DNA from: Zancudomyces culisetae HAW-14-8
Lineage: Eukaryota > Fungi > Kickxellomycota
Direction of reading: 5' to 3'
Assembly: GCA_052426225.1 (NCBI GenBank)
Contig: JBNJNM010000011.1
Coordinates: 868,001-932,000 of the forward strand
DNA length: 64,000 bases
Both the position numbers and the translations under genes were made by a program. A model generated the notes under the pieces. That model was not told the DNA's origin and did no database searches. It worked only from the letters and a program-made list of their open reading frames with translations. Below, piece by piece: positions 1 through 11,831 of this stretch. Positions within the stretch are counted from its first letter, which is position 1, and every line of letters starts with the position of its first letter.

Positions 1-3000
1 TATTCAGACCCACGTCATAGTATGATGTCGGAGTGACGGATTTTAAAAATGGGCCATTCGCCTTCTTGGTTGGTTCGAGGCTAAGGAATTCAAACTCCTT
101 GGGCTTAGATTCTTGACGCTTCGGTGCAGCAGGGGTTGTTTCCCCATGAGACTCTATTGCCTTTTCAAAAAAAGCAAGATCAGCCTTCTTTTCTTGTTGA
201 GCATCATGTGGGGCAAGTGTGCTTGGAGGAATACTATATTCTATTAAACCCTTTTTAGGGAAAATGTCGGTTCTCCGTCTGTAATAGAAGACTCTGTTTA
301 GGGTCAACTTCAATATCTCTGTGAAAATAACCTGGACGAATATAGCGGCCAAAATCAGTAACCAGGCATAACCGTTTAGAGGCACAACAGTTAGCCAGTC
401 TGCTATCGGTTTGACATACATACACAGCACGAGCGAGCCAAAGGATCCAGCAACAGCTACCAACATTATTTTGTTTGATAATATTCCGGTTTTGAACACA
501 GATCTGGTGACGGATCTTGATAAGAAGCAAAGAGATAGCTGAAGAGTGATGATTGTGGCAAAGGCCATGGATTGTCCTATTCGTAATAGTTCTTTCTCAT
601 TTTCTCTGTTATCGCTAGTATTATTAGAAAGAATAAGCGGACTAAATGTGTCAAAGGTAGCTTGATCAAATGGTGGATTGACTACCACTTTCAAACCAAT
701 GGACGTGCAAATGGAAACCAAATAGTAGGCCAAGCTGACAACACCAATATAAAATGCCTGACCTAATAACAGAATCAGTGTGGGCATGTTCAAAATACCT
801 GCAGATGGTTCGCGTGGAGGTCTTCGCAAAATGTTTTGTTCTTGTGGCTCCAACCCTACAGACATTGCAGGTGGAATATCGGCAATGATGTTTGCCCATA
901 ATACCATTATTGTAGTCAAGGGCAGTTCGGCGTTTATGGCGGATGCGAGCAAAAACAATACTATTTCCGCAGTATTGCACGAAAGTAGGTAGATAATAAA
1001 CTTCAAAATATTATCAAACACACGTCTTCCCTCCTCTACGGCACAAACAATTGTAGCAAAGTTGTCGTTTTGAAGAACCATATCTGCTGCTTGTTTAGTG
1101 ATTTCAGTTCCATTTATTCCCATCGCTATTCCAATATCCGCTTGTCGAACTGCAGGTGCGTCGTTGACACCATCACCTGTCATTGCTGTAATATGTCCCA
1201 TCTTTTGCAGTGCTTTTACTATCTTTAGTTTGTGATCCGGTGAAACTCGTGCAAAGACACTTGGGAAAGGTTTTAATTCCAAAATTGCTTCATCGCTCAG
1301 GAGATCTAGCTCAGGCCCGGCCAATGCCCGCTCCATACTAGGAACACCTGCTTTTAAAATACCTAGCTGACCTGCTATCGCAGACGCAGTCTCAATATGG
1401 TCTCCTGTAATCATCACCACTTTTATTCCTGCACTCTGGCACAGCTCTATTGCTTCTTTAACTCCTTTTTTGGGTGGATCAGTAATCCCAACCATACCAC
1501 AAAAAGTGAGCTCACTTTCAGCCCAGTTTAACTTTCGGTTAATAAGATCCCTTTTCTCTTGTGCTTCTTTGTTTTTGTCGCCCTTGTTTCCATCAGAAAC
1601 ACTTGCGGCACTATCGCTTTTTTCTATTAACTCCTTATACTCATTACTGCTAGTATCCACTTTTTTCATTGCAACTCCAAGTACACGAAGCCCTCGTCTT
1701 GCCATCAAAGTGCACTGCTCAGCTATTTCTCTCGATTCTTTGGTTGTTATTAAAAGGCTTTCTCCATTTTTGTCCATCCTGTGTGTACATGCTCCCAGCA
1801 ACGCCTCGGGCGCACCTTTTGCAAAGACAAACACTTCGCTTTCCATGTTGTTATTCTTGACAATCACACTCATTCTTTTTCTTTCAGAATCAAACGAATT
1901 TTCAAGAATCCTTGTATATGAATAACCAGATTTCTTTTCAAACCCATCCTTTTCACCAGCTTCGTGAGGTATAAGCTTTGATTTGTATGCTAATAAAAGA
2001 ATAGCTACTTCAGTAGGATCACCTATACCCTTCCAAACGTTCTCGCTCTCATCAAACTTAATATGCGCGTTGTTACACAACCAGCTTGCCAGCAAAAGGT
2101 TATGTGCAGGTTCGTTAAACTTTGTTTCAAAGTTACTGCACGAATCATCATTACTGCAGTTTTCTTCAAAAACCAGACCTCCGCATGTAGGATCAATATT
2201 AGTACCCTTTAAACATCTATATCTAGTTTCATCCGACCCTATCATTTCAGTAACACCCATTTTTCCCTCTGTAAGCGTGCCCGTTTTATCGGAACAAATA
2301 CAAGTAACACTTCCGAGTACTTCTACAGCTGCAAGTCGCCTTATTATTGCATTTTTTTTGGCCATGCGTCGAACAGCCAACGCCATTGTCACTGTTGTAA
2401 CAGCCACCAAACCTTCGGGTATAACTGATACTGCCAAAGCCAACCCTGACAAGAACATTGGTACAAAGCTATGTCCCCATGACACTCCGGCAATAACTAC
2501 AATCGCACACAGTGCTATTGCAATAACAACAAGCCAAACTCCCAGCCACTTGAGTTTCTGTTGCAATGGTGTCTTTCTTTCCTCTCCACTGCCACTAATC
2601 GCTTCACTAATTTTTCCTATTTCTGTTCTGGCTCCAGTACGCACAGTTATTCCTCTACCTCGTCCTTTAGCCACTAGTGTTCCCATAAACGCGTTCCCCA
2701 CACAGTCTCCCAAGGCTAATCTCCTTTTAGATATTTTTATCTCTAATGGACTTTTCATAACTGGCTCACTTTCACCCGTTAAAATTGTCTCCACAATCTC
2801 AAGTTGTGCGCACTCTATTAGCCTCAAATCAGCTGGAACGCTATCTCCTTCTTGTAGCTCAACTATGTCACCAGGTATAACACATTCTGCAGCGATCTCC
2901 TCCAGTTTTCCTTTTCTAAGAACTCTGGCAATAGGAATATTGAAATTCTCAAGTGCTGCTAGCGCTCTTCCCGCTTTTATTTCCTCTACTGCACCAATAA

Positions 3001-4183
3001 CGGTGTTTAATACAATTACACAGGCGAGAACAATACTTGAATCAAATTCTTTTGCAATCGCTGTTGCTACAACCGCCACAAACAACAAAATAACCATAAA
3101 ATCTGTAAGCTGGTCCCAAATTATCCTAAACACTGATTTCTTTTTGGGTACAGGCAGTACGTTCTTCCCATAGTGTTCTTCCCTCTTCTTTATATCATCG
3201 TCGTTTACAAGACCCGTCTGAAAATCCACTTTAAACATAGCCTTTAATTTTGCCATGTTTTTGTCAGTATATAGCGCTGCTGGTGGATATAGCGCCTTGC
3301 GTTCTTTTACAATATGTAAAGAATGATTATCGCTATCAAGTATTTTGTTACACTCTTCAATATCTTTTCTCATTTCAGAATGATAATCACTGTCTACCAA
3401 ATCCTCCCAGTCATACCCAGGTCCTAGACATCCCAGCACAAGCCTAATCATTGTGGTTATCGCCATTTTTTCCTCTCCCTCATCATACCTTTTTCCCAAG
3501 CAAAGACTTTCCCTCAATAGCATATCTCTTTTCTCGCTTACTGCCTGTCTAAATTCAGCCACCTCCTCAATAAATCCTCCAAATATATAGAACGCGGACC
3601 GTGCTTCTTTTGTAAGCTTTCTACGGGGAAAGCTTCCGCTTGTAGTACACATTACCATCAATAGTCCATCCCGAAGCCGATCCATCAGCCCTTCATCGAG
3701 GTTTCCTAGATGTCCATTTTTTATTCTGAACTCCAAGACATACTGCAGATTTTCCATAACTTCGGCCATAGTCACATTGGATTCGCCCTTGCCCTTTGAA
3801 GAGTCCGCTTCATTCGCTTCATCTTCGCTACTAGACGAGCTAGATGAATCTGACGAGCTGCCCTCATGCGCTTCTACTGTCTCGCTTGTCCCAATGCTCT
3901 GTTGCAGGCTTTCTTTTTTCTCCTTTTTCTTTACATGTCTTTTTCTTAAGCCATATTTGATTCCTGCTTTCTTTTCCTTTCTTCTTCTCAGCGCTGCAAA
4001 CATGTCACCAACATAAAGGTCTAGCTGGTGCTCCACCGATTGTCTTCCGTCTGGAAAGGCCGCATCAAACTCCCTTTGTTCCTTTTCGCGCGCATCTTCA
4101 ACAATATCTACCGCAACATTATCTTCCATCCCGTCCATACCATCCTCCTCACCATACACTTCAGTTTTATTTTCATGTTCCAT
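1..4183 (-). CDS. P-type II (P2A-like, probably Ca2+/cation-transporting) ATPase, 3'-truncated by the window edge
   Basis: Manual translation from the ATG at 4183 (MEHENKTEVY...). No stop in any segment I translated down to base 1; the track probably omits it because the stop lies outside the window. Motifs: LTGES (~2770), VSVIPEGL (TM4), CSDKTGTLT (~2290), MTGDGVNDAPA (~1170), M5 LLSCNTAEI, M6 LWANIIADIPPAMSVGLEP, M10 ending near 300. Confidence 0.93.
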   Translation of the reverse strand, partial: MEHENKTEVYGEEDGMDGMEDNVAVDIVEDAREKEQREFDAAFPDGRQSVEHQLDLYVGDMFAALRRRKEKKAGIKYGLRKRHVKKKEKKESLQQSIGTSETVEAHEGSSSDSSSSSSSEDEANEADSSKGKGESNVTMAEVMENLQYVLEFRIKNGHLGNLDEGLMDRLRDGLLMVMCTTSGSFPRRKLTKEARSAFYIFGGFIEEVAEFRQAVSEKRDMLLRESLCLGKRYDEGEEKMAITTMIRLVLGCLGPGYDWEDLVDSDYHSEMRKDIEECNKILDSDNHSLHIVKERKALYPPAALYTDKNMAKLKAMFKVDFQTGLVNDDDIKKREEHYGKNVLPVPKKKSVFRIIWDQLTDFMVILLFVAVVATAIAKEFDSSIVLACVIVLNTVIGAVEEIKAGRALAALENFNIPIARVLRKGKLEEIAAECVIPGDIVELQEGDSVPADLRLIECAQLEIVETILTGESEPVMKSPLEIKISKRRLALGDCVGNAFMGTLVAKGRGRGITVRTGARTEIGKISEAISGSGEERKTPLQQKLKWLGVWLVVIAIALCAIVVIAGVSWGHSFVPMFLSGLALAVSVIPEGLVAVTTVTMALAVRRMAKKNAIIRRLAAVEVLGSVTCICSDKTGTLTEGKMGVTEMIGSDETRYRCLKGTNIDPTCGGLVFEENCSNDDSCSNFETKFNEPAHNLLLASWLCNNAHIKFDESENVWKGIGDPTEVAILLLAYKSKLIPHEAGEKDGFEKKSGYSYTRILENSFDSERKRMSVIVKNNNMESEVFVFAKGAPEALLGACTHRMDKNGESLLITTKESREIAEQCTLMARRGLRVLGVAMKKVDTSSNEYKELIEKSDSAASVSDGNKGDKNKEAQEKRDLINRKLNWAESELTFCGMVGITDPPKKGVKEAIELCQSAGIKVVMITGDHIETASAIAGQLGILKAGVPSMERALAGPELDLLSDEAILELKPFPSVFARVSPDHKLKIVKALQKMGHITAMTGDGVNDAPAVRQADIGIAMGINGTEITKQAADMVLQNDNFATIVCAVEEGRRVFDNILKFIIYLLSCNTAEIVLFLLASAINAELPLTTIMVLWANIIADIPPAMSVGLEPQEQNILRRPPREPSAGILNMPTLILLLGQAFYIGVVSLAYYLVSICTSIGLKVVVNPPFDQATFDTFSPLILSNNTSDNRENEKELLRIGQSMAFATIITLQLSLCFLSRSVTRSVFKTGILSNKIMLVAVAGSFGSLVLCMYVKPIADWLTVVPLNGYAWLLILAAIFVQVIFTEILKLTLNRVFYYRRRTDIFPKKGLIEYSIPPSTLAPHDAQQEKKADLAFFEKAIESHGETTPAAPKRQESKPKEFEFLSLEPTKKANGPFLKSVTPTSYYDVGLN

Positions 4184-6046
4184 TTCTTTTGTTTTGTACA
4201 CCACCTGCGCTTTAAGTTTTATGACTGTTTTTCTTAAAAAATAATTAAATAATTAAAATTCTTTTCACTTTAGTATTTTTCAAATATTCCAGATATTGGT
4301 ATATATATTGAGCTGGTTTTCAATTTATTTTTTTTCTTCTTCCCAAAGTTAAAAGTTGTATAACAGCAGACTTAATAAACAAAATGCCGACAAGTGCAAA
4401 ACAGGTTAAGGATCTAACTGTAGATTAGTTGGCATTTTTAGCTAATGATCCTTTATACTTCCCACCATTTTTTTTATTAAATTTTTGTCAAATAAATTCT
4501 CGGAATTGGCTGAATTGGCAATAGAATCAATTAGTATAAAATAAAAAAATCAACAAAAGGCAAGCATTTTTAATAAAAGGACCACAAAAACAAATACACA
4601 ATGACGATACAAACACCGAACGTGTTGGCTGGTATGTTCACATATTTTAAAATAGCTTTCAATAAAACTATGGGTTTTTTTGTTTTTTATTTGCTTTTTT
4701 TAGCTTTGGACCACCCTCCTTTGTTTAATTTCTCCATCTCCCAAAATTATTTTTTCACTCTCTCTTACACCCTTCCTCCTTCCTCCTCACACCTCACACC
4801 TCACACCTCACTCCCACTTCCCTTCTATTTCTTCCTTAGTCCCCTTCCCCCCACCCCAACGATAACTTGATGCAGACAAATAAAAATTTTTGTTGCTGTC
4901 CAAAACCGGTCATAACGCACGTTTATCCATCCAATAAATTTCAAAGGAACCAAATGCCAAACATATTGCTCACTTGACACTATGGATTTGCTGCGGATAT
5001 GGGAGTTTTTTTTCTTTGTTTTTCTACAAATCCTGTGTTAATTTCATCTCCTAGCTCTCCTTAATTAATAGCTTTTTTTTCAAAACAATTATATTTTTGT
5101 TATATTTCATTACGCTTTTTTGAAGTTTAATTTATACTCATTTAATTTTATTTGCGGAACACAAGTCGACTTGGCATTATGTTTTGCCATTTTTTGGGGG
5201 GGGAGCGGGTTCTACTAATAAAAGCTAAACGTATCATTTTTCATAGTATTTGCGTCGATTAACTAGATAAATATTTGCAATTTAATTCAATTAGGTAATC
5301 TGATTTTAACGAGATATGACACAAATATGAATCATTGGTGAAAATAATACAATACCTGCTATTGGATAGCCACCCTACTCTTGTTGCACCTGCCTGTCAA
5401 TATATTTGACAATTATACAGCTCATTCCCAACTACTAATCAGTTTGAATATATAGCTGGAACATAAACAACTTGGCCAACAATTTTTTATAATCACAAGA
5501 TTGCTCATTTGATACACAAAAAACTCTAATTAAATTAACTTGGCAAGCAATCATAAGCTCTATTATCATCAAATAAAGGAAAAAGGAAAAAGGAAACTAC
5601 TAGATGTTTCGAATCGGGGCTTTTTTTCCATGGGTTACCCAGAAAGCTCCAAGTACAACAAGGAGAGAAAAAAACGTTTGAATAATTTCATTATTCCTCC
5701 ATATGCTTAATATGCTTGGTTTGTCTGAAAAAAAAAATAATAGATGGAGACACAAGCTGTCCACTATTGTTTACGGTGAGTAATAAAAGAAATTCTTTCA
5801 AAAAGACTCACAAAAGAGAAAAAAGTATTAGTAGAGTACACTTGACAAACAAAGGATAGTAAATAAAAGATTGTAAAACTATCGCCAAATAGTGGTTGAG
5901 GTGTTCTTGTGTATGAGGTGAGCCAGTTTTAATGCTATTTTATTATCACACCTAATTTATCTATTCTATACAATATTTGTACAAGTTTTTCTTATTTTTT
6001 GTTCTTTTTTTTTCAAACATTTAGTTTTGTCCTGGGTATAGACAAA

Positions 6047-6063
6047 GGGGGGGGGGGGGGGGG
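6047..6063 (+). repeat. poly-G homopolymer (G17)
   Basis: 17 consecutive G in an AT-rich intergenic region. Confidence 0.95.
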
Positions 6064-6849
6064 AAACCTCTCAAAAATAGTGTACATAAATGTAAAGATC
6101 CGTGTGTGAAATTGTTTTATGATATGCCCGTCGGTCTTGTCTATAGTTTTTGGAAGTCTACAAGAGAATCTTTACTCAAGTTTAGTCCAAGCTCAAGTTT
6201 AAACTGAAGAGCAGATCCAAGCTCTTCTCTTCCCCTTTGTTTTACATAAAGGGGAAATATTTTATGGATATAACATGGCTTAAAAAGGTTTACAAGGAAA
6301 ACAAATTTATTTATGGATTTTTCAAACTATTTCGCTATGTAGCATATTTTATAGACTACTGAAACATAATACTTTGGTTATGATATTGATGAGGGGGATG
6401 GTATTAGTGTTTTTTTGGCCAGGCCTATCTACTACCAGGTGTTGAAACAACTTGTGTACAAAAATGATCAATTCTACTCTTATCTTTATCTTCATCCAAC
6501 ACTATTTGGTGTTGTCATGGAATGTGTTAACGCCAAGGAAACCATATGACTTGGACAAAGCGTCTAATTATTTTTATGAATAATGCAACTAGGCACTTTT
6601 TGAAATTAATCGTATAATTTGAAAGAAATAATGTATTTCGAAGAACAGACGAATCAGAAGAGAATGCACACAAAACTAAACAAATTGTTTGTTTATACAG
6701 GCAAGACAAAGGAGATTAAAAAAAAAAGAGGATAAAAAACATTTGAATCAAAGCAGAGTTCAACTGGAGATATATCCTTCTTTTGGGTTTACATTTTTGT
6801 GCATTTGTATCACAATAATTCATAACACGTTAGAAATAAAGTAAATAAG

Positions 6850-7361
6850 ATGGGAAGTTGTTGCAGTTCGATGGATGAGCCAGAGCCTTCTAGGCCTAGA
6901 GCTGAAGCTTCAAGCAAGAAAAACACTCCCAAGGCTGGGGCCACCAATAATGCATTCGGAAAAAAGGGCAAAACGTTAAATGACAGTACTCTTTCAAGTG
7001 ATGAGAAATACGAGCTATCAACAATCAAAAATAGCGATTCCAACCCCAATGGAGGTGACGATGATGACAAACGAAAGCGCATGGCTGAAGCAGCAGAGAA
7101 GCGAATCCAACAGGTTTGTACCTTTTTACTTTTATAATACTTGTATACTTTACTCAGGCGTGACCAAATAAATATAGAAAAAATACCATGGTGTAAAAAA
7201 CAAGAACAACAAAAATGGTCTAGTCAATCAGATTTACAAGAAAACAAACGAGGATGAAAACGAAATGCCAGATAATCTGATGGTAAGCTCACAACTAAAG
7301 ATTATTTTTTTTACTGGATAACATAAAGACTCGTGTAATTAAATAGTGGAGGAGAGACTAA
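6850..7361 (+). CDS. small VCP/p97-interacting protein (SVIP)-like, 3 exons, ~127 aa
   Basis: Exons 6850-7113, 7178-7282 and 7347-7361, joined by GT..AG phase-0 introns. MGSCC N-terminus (myristoylation/palmitoylation), VIM-like KRKRMAEAAEKR, C-terminal LMWRRD*. Confidence 0.7.
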
Positions 7362-7496
7362 AGCTCACAGACGACAGAGTTTAGAAAAAAAAATGGACTT
7401 GATAGTATAATGTTATAAGGAATATTTGTGCAAAAAGAGATCAAAGAAAGCATATTAAATTTATTTGGTAACATAAACTACAAAAAAGAAAGAGGG

Positions 7497-10400
7497 CTAA
7501 TTTGTAATGGGAAACTTTTTAGCGTATGAGAACTGCTTTGAAGACTTCAGTACCTTCCAGTAATGGTCTGTGTAGTTAGATTTTCCAAGAAGGTCAAGGA
7601 ATTCCTCGTCATGAGTAATAATGATAAGCTGGAAGTTGGGTCTGTCCATCCTGGCCTCGATGATTCTAGATAAAGAAGCAGCTAGAGACTCAATGTTGGC
7701 CTTGTCCAGGTTTGTAGTGGGTTCATCAAGAGCCAAAATACCACAATTTATCGCGAATGACTCGGCAAGGGCAAGCCTGATAACAAGGGAGGCCAGGACC
7801 TTTTGGCCGGCACTACATCTTCCGCGCATGTCGATGGCAATTCCATCCTTGAGCATGACGACACGGTAGTTGTAGGACCGGTTGGACGCACCATCCTTTT
7901 CAGAGCGGATTTCTATGGTGTCGATATCGTCAGCCATGTAGGTATCTTGCCACAAATCGCGGATGATTTTGTTGATCTGGGCCATTTTTTCAGAGTGGTA
8001 TTTCATTATGGCAGCATCAAGCGCCTTTAGATATTTATCGAGATCCTTTTGACACAGATCCAGAGTCTGGAACTCAACCATTTTGTCAAGATATAGTTTA
8101 TCAATGTCTTTGTAGTTTGTTTTAAGTTCTGTTTTGTACCAGTTGAGCTGCGATTCGATCTGTTTATATTCACCGGTCATTGAAGCGACTTTTAAAGATA
8201 AAGAGTTGATTTTGTGACTTATTTGGCTCTCAAAGCGAGTTAGTTTATCGTTTTCTGGAGAGGATCGCTGGTGGTTCTCCAAGGAGCGTTTGGATCTTGA
8301 TGGCAAATCAAAGCTGTTGTCAGTGTCGATCCAATCGTCGACTTTACGTTTATGCCCAGTATGCGTGTGCTGCGACGTGGTTTCAACGTTTTCAGCAAGA
8401 ACAGCCTCTCCTGCCTCTTCGTCAATTATATCCAATAATTGAGAGTATATATGAGCTTTTAGCGAGCACAGTTGGCTTAGATTATCCTGTAAAGCCTGGA
8501 GCTGTAAGCCCATTGAGCGTATTCTCAAGTTGTCGGCGACAGCCTTAGTCTGCGAAGTGGAGTTTTCAATCCATTTTTCAGCCTGGGATAGCTCAAGCTG
8601 AATGGCGTTGTACTCTGATGTCAATTCGCCGCTAATCTTTGACTCCAAATCCGCGATTTCAGCCTCAATGTTGGTAATAGAACCAGCATTAGCAAGCTCA
8701 GCTGTGTATCGCTGGATGTTTGATATGTAGTTATCTACTCTGTGTTCTATACCAACCCACAAGTCGAGGGTTCTATGAAGTTCGTCGATTTGTCGTTGAG
8801 AAGTAGACTGTTGCTGGTGAAGCCGCAGTTGGTTTTTAGACAAATGATCAGAGAGCTGAGATAGTTCCAAATCGAGATGTTGAATTTTGGCATCGAGTTG
8901 AGATACTTCGTCCTGGAGTTGGGCTACTTGCCGGAGCATGTTTGATCTTGCTTCAGCCTCTCCAAGAGCCACTTTCAGCTTGTGTATTTCGTTTTCAGTT
9001 GAGGATACTTCCTGCTGGAAAGCTATCATTTCCGACGTTAACTTGTCCATTTCTTCGCGAATATTTTGGCTTGATTGAGTTAGCCGCGTCAAATCGTCTG
9101 CACCCATATCCACACCTCTGGTTCCTGAGAGTCTTTCATATTCGGCACCCAACTTTTCTAAATCCTGCTCGTATCCAGACATCCTTTGACACAAATCCGT
9201 CTTCCTCCCAGCCAGCTCATCAAGTTGCAAAGCATTTTGGTAGTCTATATCAGCATGTGCTTTTTTCTGTACAACAGCTTCCATTTGCGTTTGAATAGTG
9301 CTCTTCTCCAGAATGAGCTGCTTAACTCTTTCTTCAGTATCCGGAATAATCGATGTCTTAAGCTCCTGAATTCGTGAATACATAGGCTGGAGTTGCCGTA
9401 ACTTTTGAACGAGCGCCTGGGCTTCGTCAAGCTTTTTTTGGGCAGCGTTTATAAGTAATGGTGCTTTTTCGTAGTTGGATTTCAAAGAGTCAAGGAAATT
9501 GGTAACATCAGATGGATTTTCCCAGCCTCGATAGCACAGTGGACAACACTTAGTATTCTCCGCTTCAACCACGTACGACTTGTGTGTTCCCATCTCGCTT
9601 TTCAGCCTGCTGACTGTTTCTATCGCAGTATTTGCCTGTTTTTGTACTTCGCATATTTGATCTTCGTACTCATTCTCCTGTACAACCTCAGCGAGTTGGC
9701 CTTCTTTTTCTTTAACCTCACACAAATAGCTTTTCAACCTCTTCTCCATTTCCTCAATAGACCCCTCCACATTGTTCAATGTCATTCGATATTTTTCAAG
9801 TTGTTTGTTCAGATGATTTAACTGGTCTTTAGCCTCTTGTACACCCATCACTCCGGATTCCTCTTGTGCTTTTACCTGCTCTTCTACTTGACTATGTTCC
9901 TTTTTAACTTGCTCAAGTAGTCCCTTAGTCATGTCTACCTTACCCATCAATTGAGATCTTTGTTGCATTTGCGATGCCCTTTCGTTTATCTGTTTGATTT
10001 GCTCCTCTATCTGCTGTAGATGCTGTTTCTTGGCCTGGAGAGTCTCATTGGCATTTGCATTTTTTATCTTTTCAAGAAGCTTTTCCTTGCATCGTTCACT
10101 ATTCTGAAGCCTGATTGTTATCTCCACCTTTTGTTGTTCACAATCTTCCAAAGTCCCTGAAATCTTTGACCTAATCGATGCTATTTGTTGTCGTTTGGTG
10201 CTATGTTCTTTGTTACACTGTGTTTTTTGCTCTTTCATTTTAATTATCTTCGCCTCGCTCTGCTTAATCAACTGTCTAACTTCCTCTTCATTGTGCTTAC
10301 TTTCTGATCTTAGTTTTTCCTCGCCTGACTTATACTCAACTACTCTTTTTTTTATTAATGCCACAATTACACCTATATCTTCTTCATCTATTTGCGCTCC

Positions 10401-11831
10401 AGTCTCCATAGCTCTCCGGATTTCGTTAGATACGTGTAGACCATTTTCCTTTACTACATCCAGAAGCATACTGTTCCTACCAAACACTTCTTTATCGATA
10501 ATCGCCTTTTGTGCTTCCAGCTTTGCTATTACTCCTTGCTTTTGCTTGATCTCTCTTTGAACACTGCCTATCCTCCCCTCGATCTTGGCCCTCCTCTCAA
10601 CATTTATGCGAACACTACGTTTTCTACTCTCGATTTCCGCTTGTTGTTCTTGTTGCATTCTCTGCAATTCCTCTGTGCTTTCGTGCATCTCTTCAAGGTG
10701 CTCGCGCTGCGTTCGTATGTTTTCTTCTAGTACTTTTATTTCATGTTCCGCCTTTTCTATTGCTGTTGATTTCTCTTGATACTCCGCCTTTCGCATCATA
10801 TACCTTTCGTATATTCTTTTGTACGCCTTTTCTTGCTGCTCTACCTCCTCTATTCTCGTTTGTATACCTCCAGCCTTTTCTTTGTTCATTTCATATTCCT
10901 CTTTCAATTTATCGGATTTTTTCTTGTTTTCTCTATAGAATTTCACCTCTGTTGATTGAACCTTTAATTCCACCATTTGATCCTTGCGGATCTTCTTTAT
11001 TGTTTCAATCGCCTTTGTATATCTTGTAGCTGCAAAGATATCATCAAACTTCCTTTTCAGCTGTAATGGTTCTGAAAGCGGCCAGTTGGATTCTTCTTGA
11101 TGACAAAACACCACATTTTCTAGTATTGCTGTTGATATTCCCAGCTGCATAGGTATTTCAGCATCTACTTCTGCCACTCTCATGCTTAAGCTCTCTCTCT
11201 ATTTTTATTTATTTTATTTTAGCGTATATTTCCGTTAAATTCGTTTTTTACTTTTCTTAAACGCAACCACAAGCATCAATACCTCCAAAAGGGAAAAACA
11301 GAATAACGTGTGGGATATTTTATAAAACATACCTGTTCTCCTGTTAATTTGTTTCCAGGTATCGATAAAACAGCCTCTAACGTTTGCATGCTCACATTTG
11401 TTTTTTTTTGCGTTGCCTGCAATGATCTTGTACACACCATCACCTTACCCCGTACGTTTCTAAACTTGAGCTTTACCTGTGCCTTTACATCTCTCTCTCC
11501 AACAATCTTTGGATCGTTGATAAACGCGGCGCCTTTACTGTTCGGTGGCAGCTCACCTGTAGTAGCGTATTTTAGGCATTCGATGATTGTCTATGCAAAA
11601 GAAGAAAAAATACAAACAAACAAACAGTTAGCTTTTTTTGTATGGTATTGCTTTGTGTGGTATAAAGTATTAATATTTTTTCAGTCGTTTTTTCCCCTTC
11701 GTTCTTACCGTTTTTCCACAACCATTTGCTCCTACAATAAGCGTAAGTGGAGACTCGAATTCAATTAGTGATGCTTCTTTTGGATCAAAAGATCGAATCC
11801 CCCTTATCATGATCTTGTCTATCGCAGACAT
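7497..11831 (-). CDS. RAD50: DNA repair protein Rad50, 3 exons, ~1360 aa
   Basis: Exons 11831-11709, 11590-11333 and 11198-7497. Walker [20 protein letters not shown], zinc hook CPLC, signature CSAGQK, Walker [18 protein letters not shown]. Confidence 0.97.

Noticed and set aside
1983-3173. 396-aa plus-strand ORF (also 1470-1925 and similar)
   Set aside because: Antisense shadow of the P-type ATPase. The many short ORFs opposite RAD50, PRP31, INTS2, SET9 and calnexin are rejected for the same reason.
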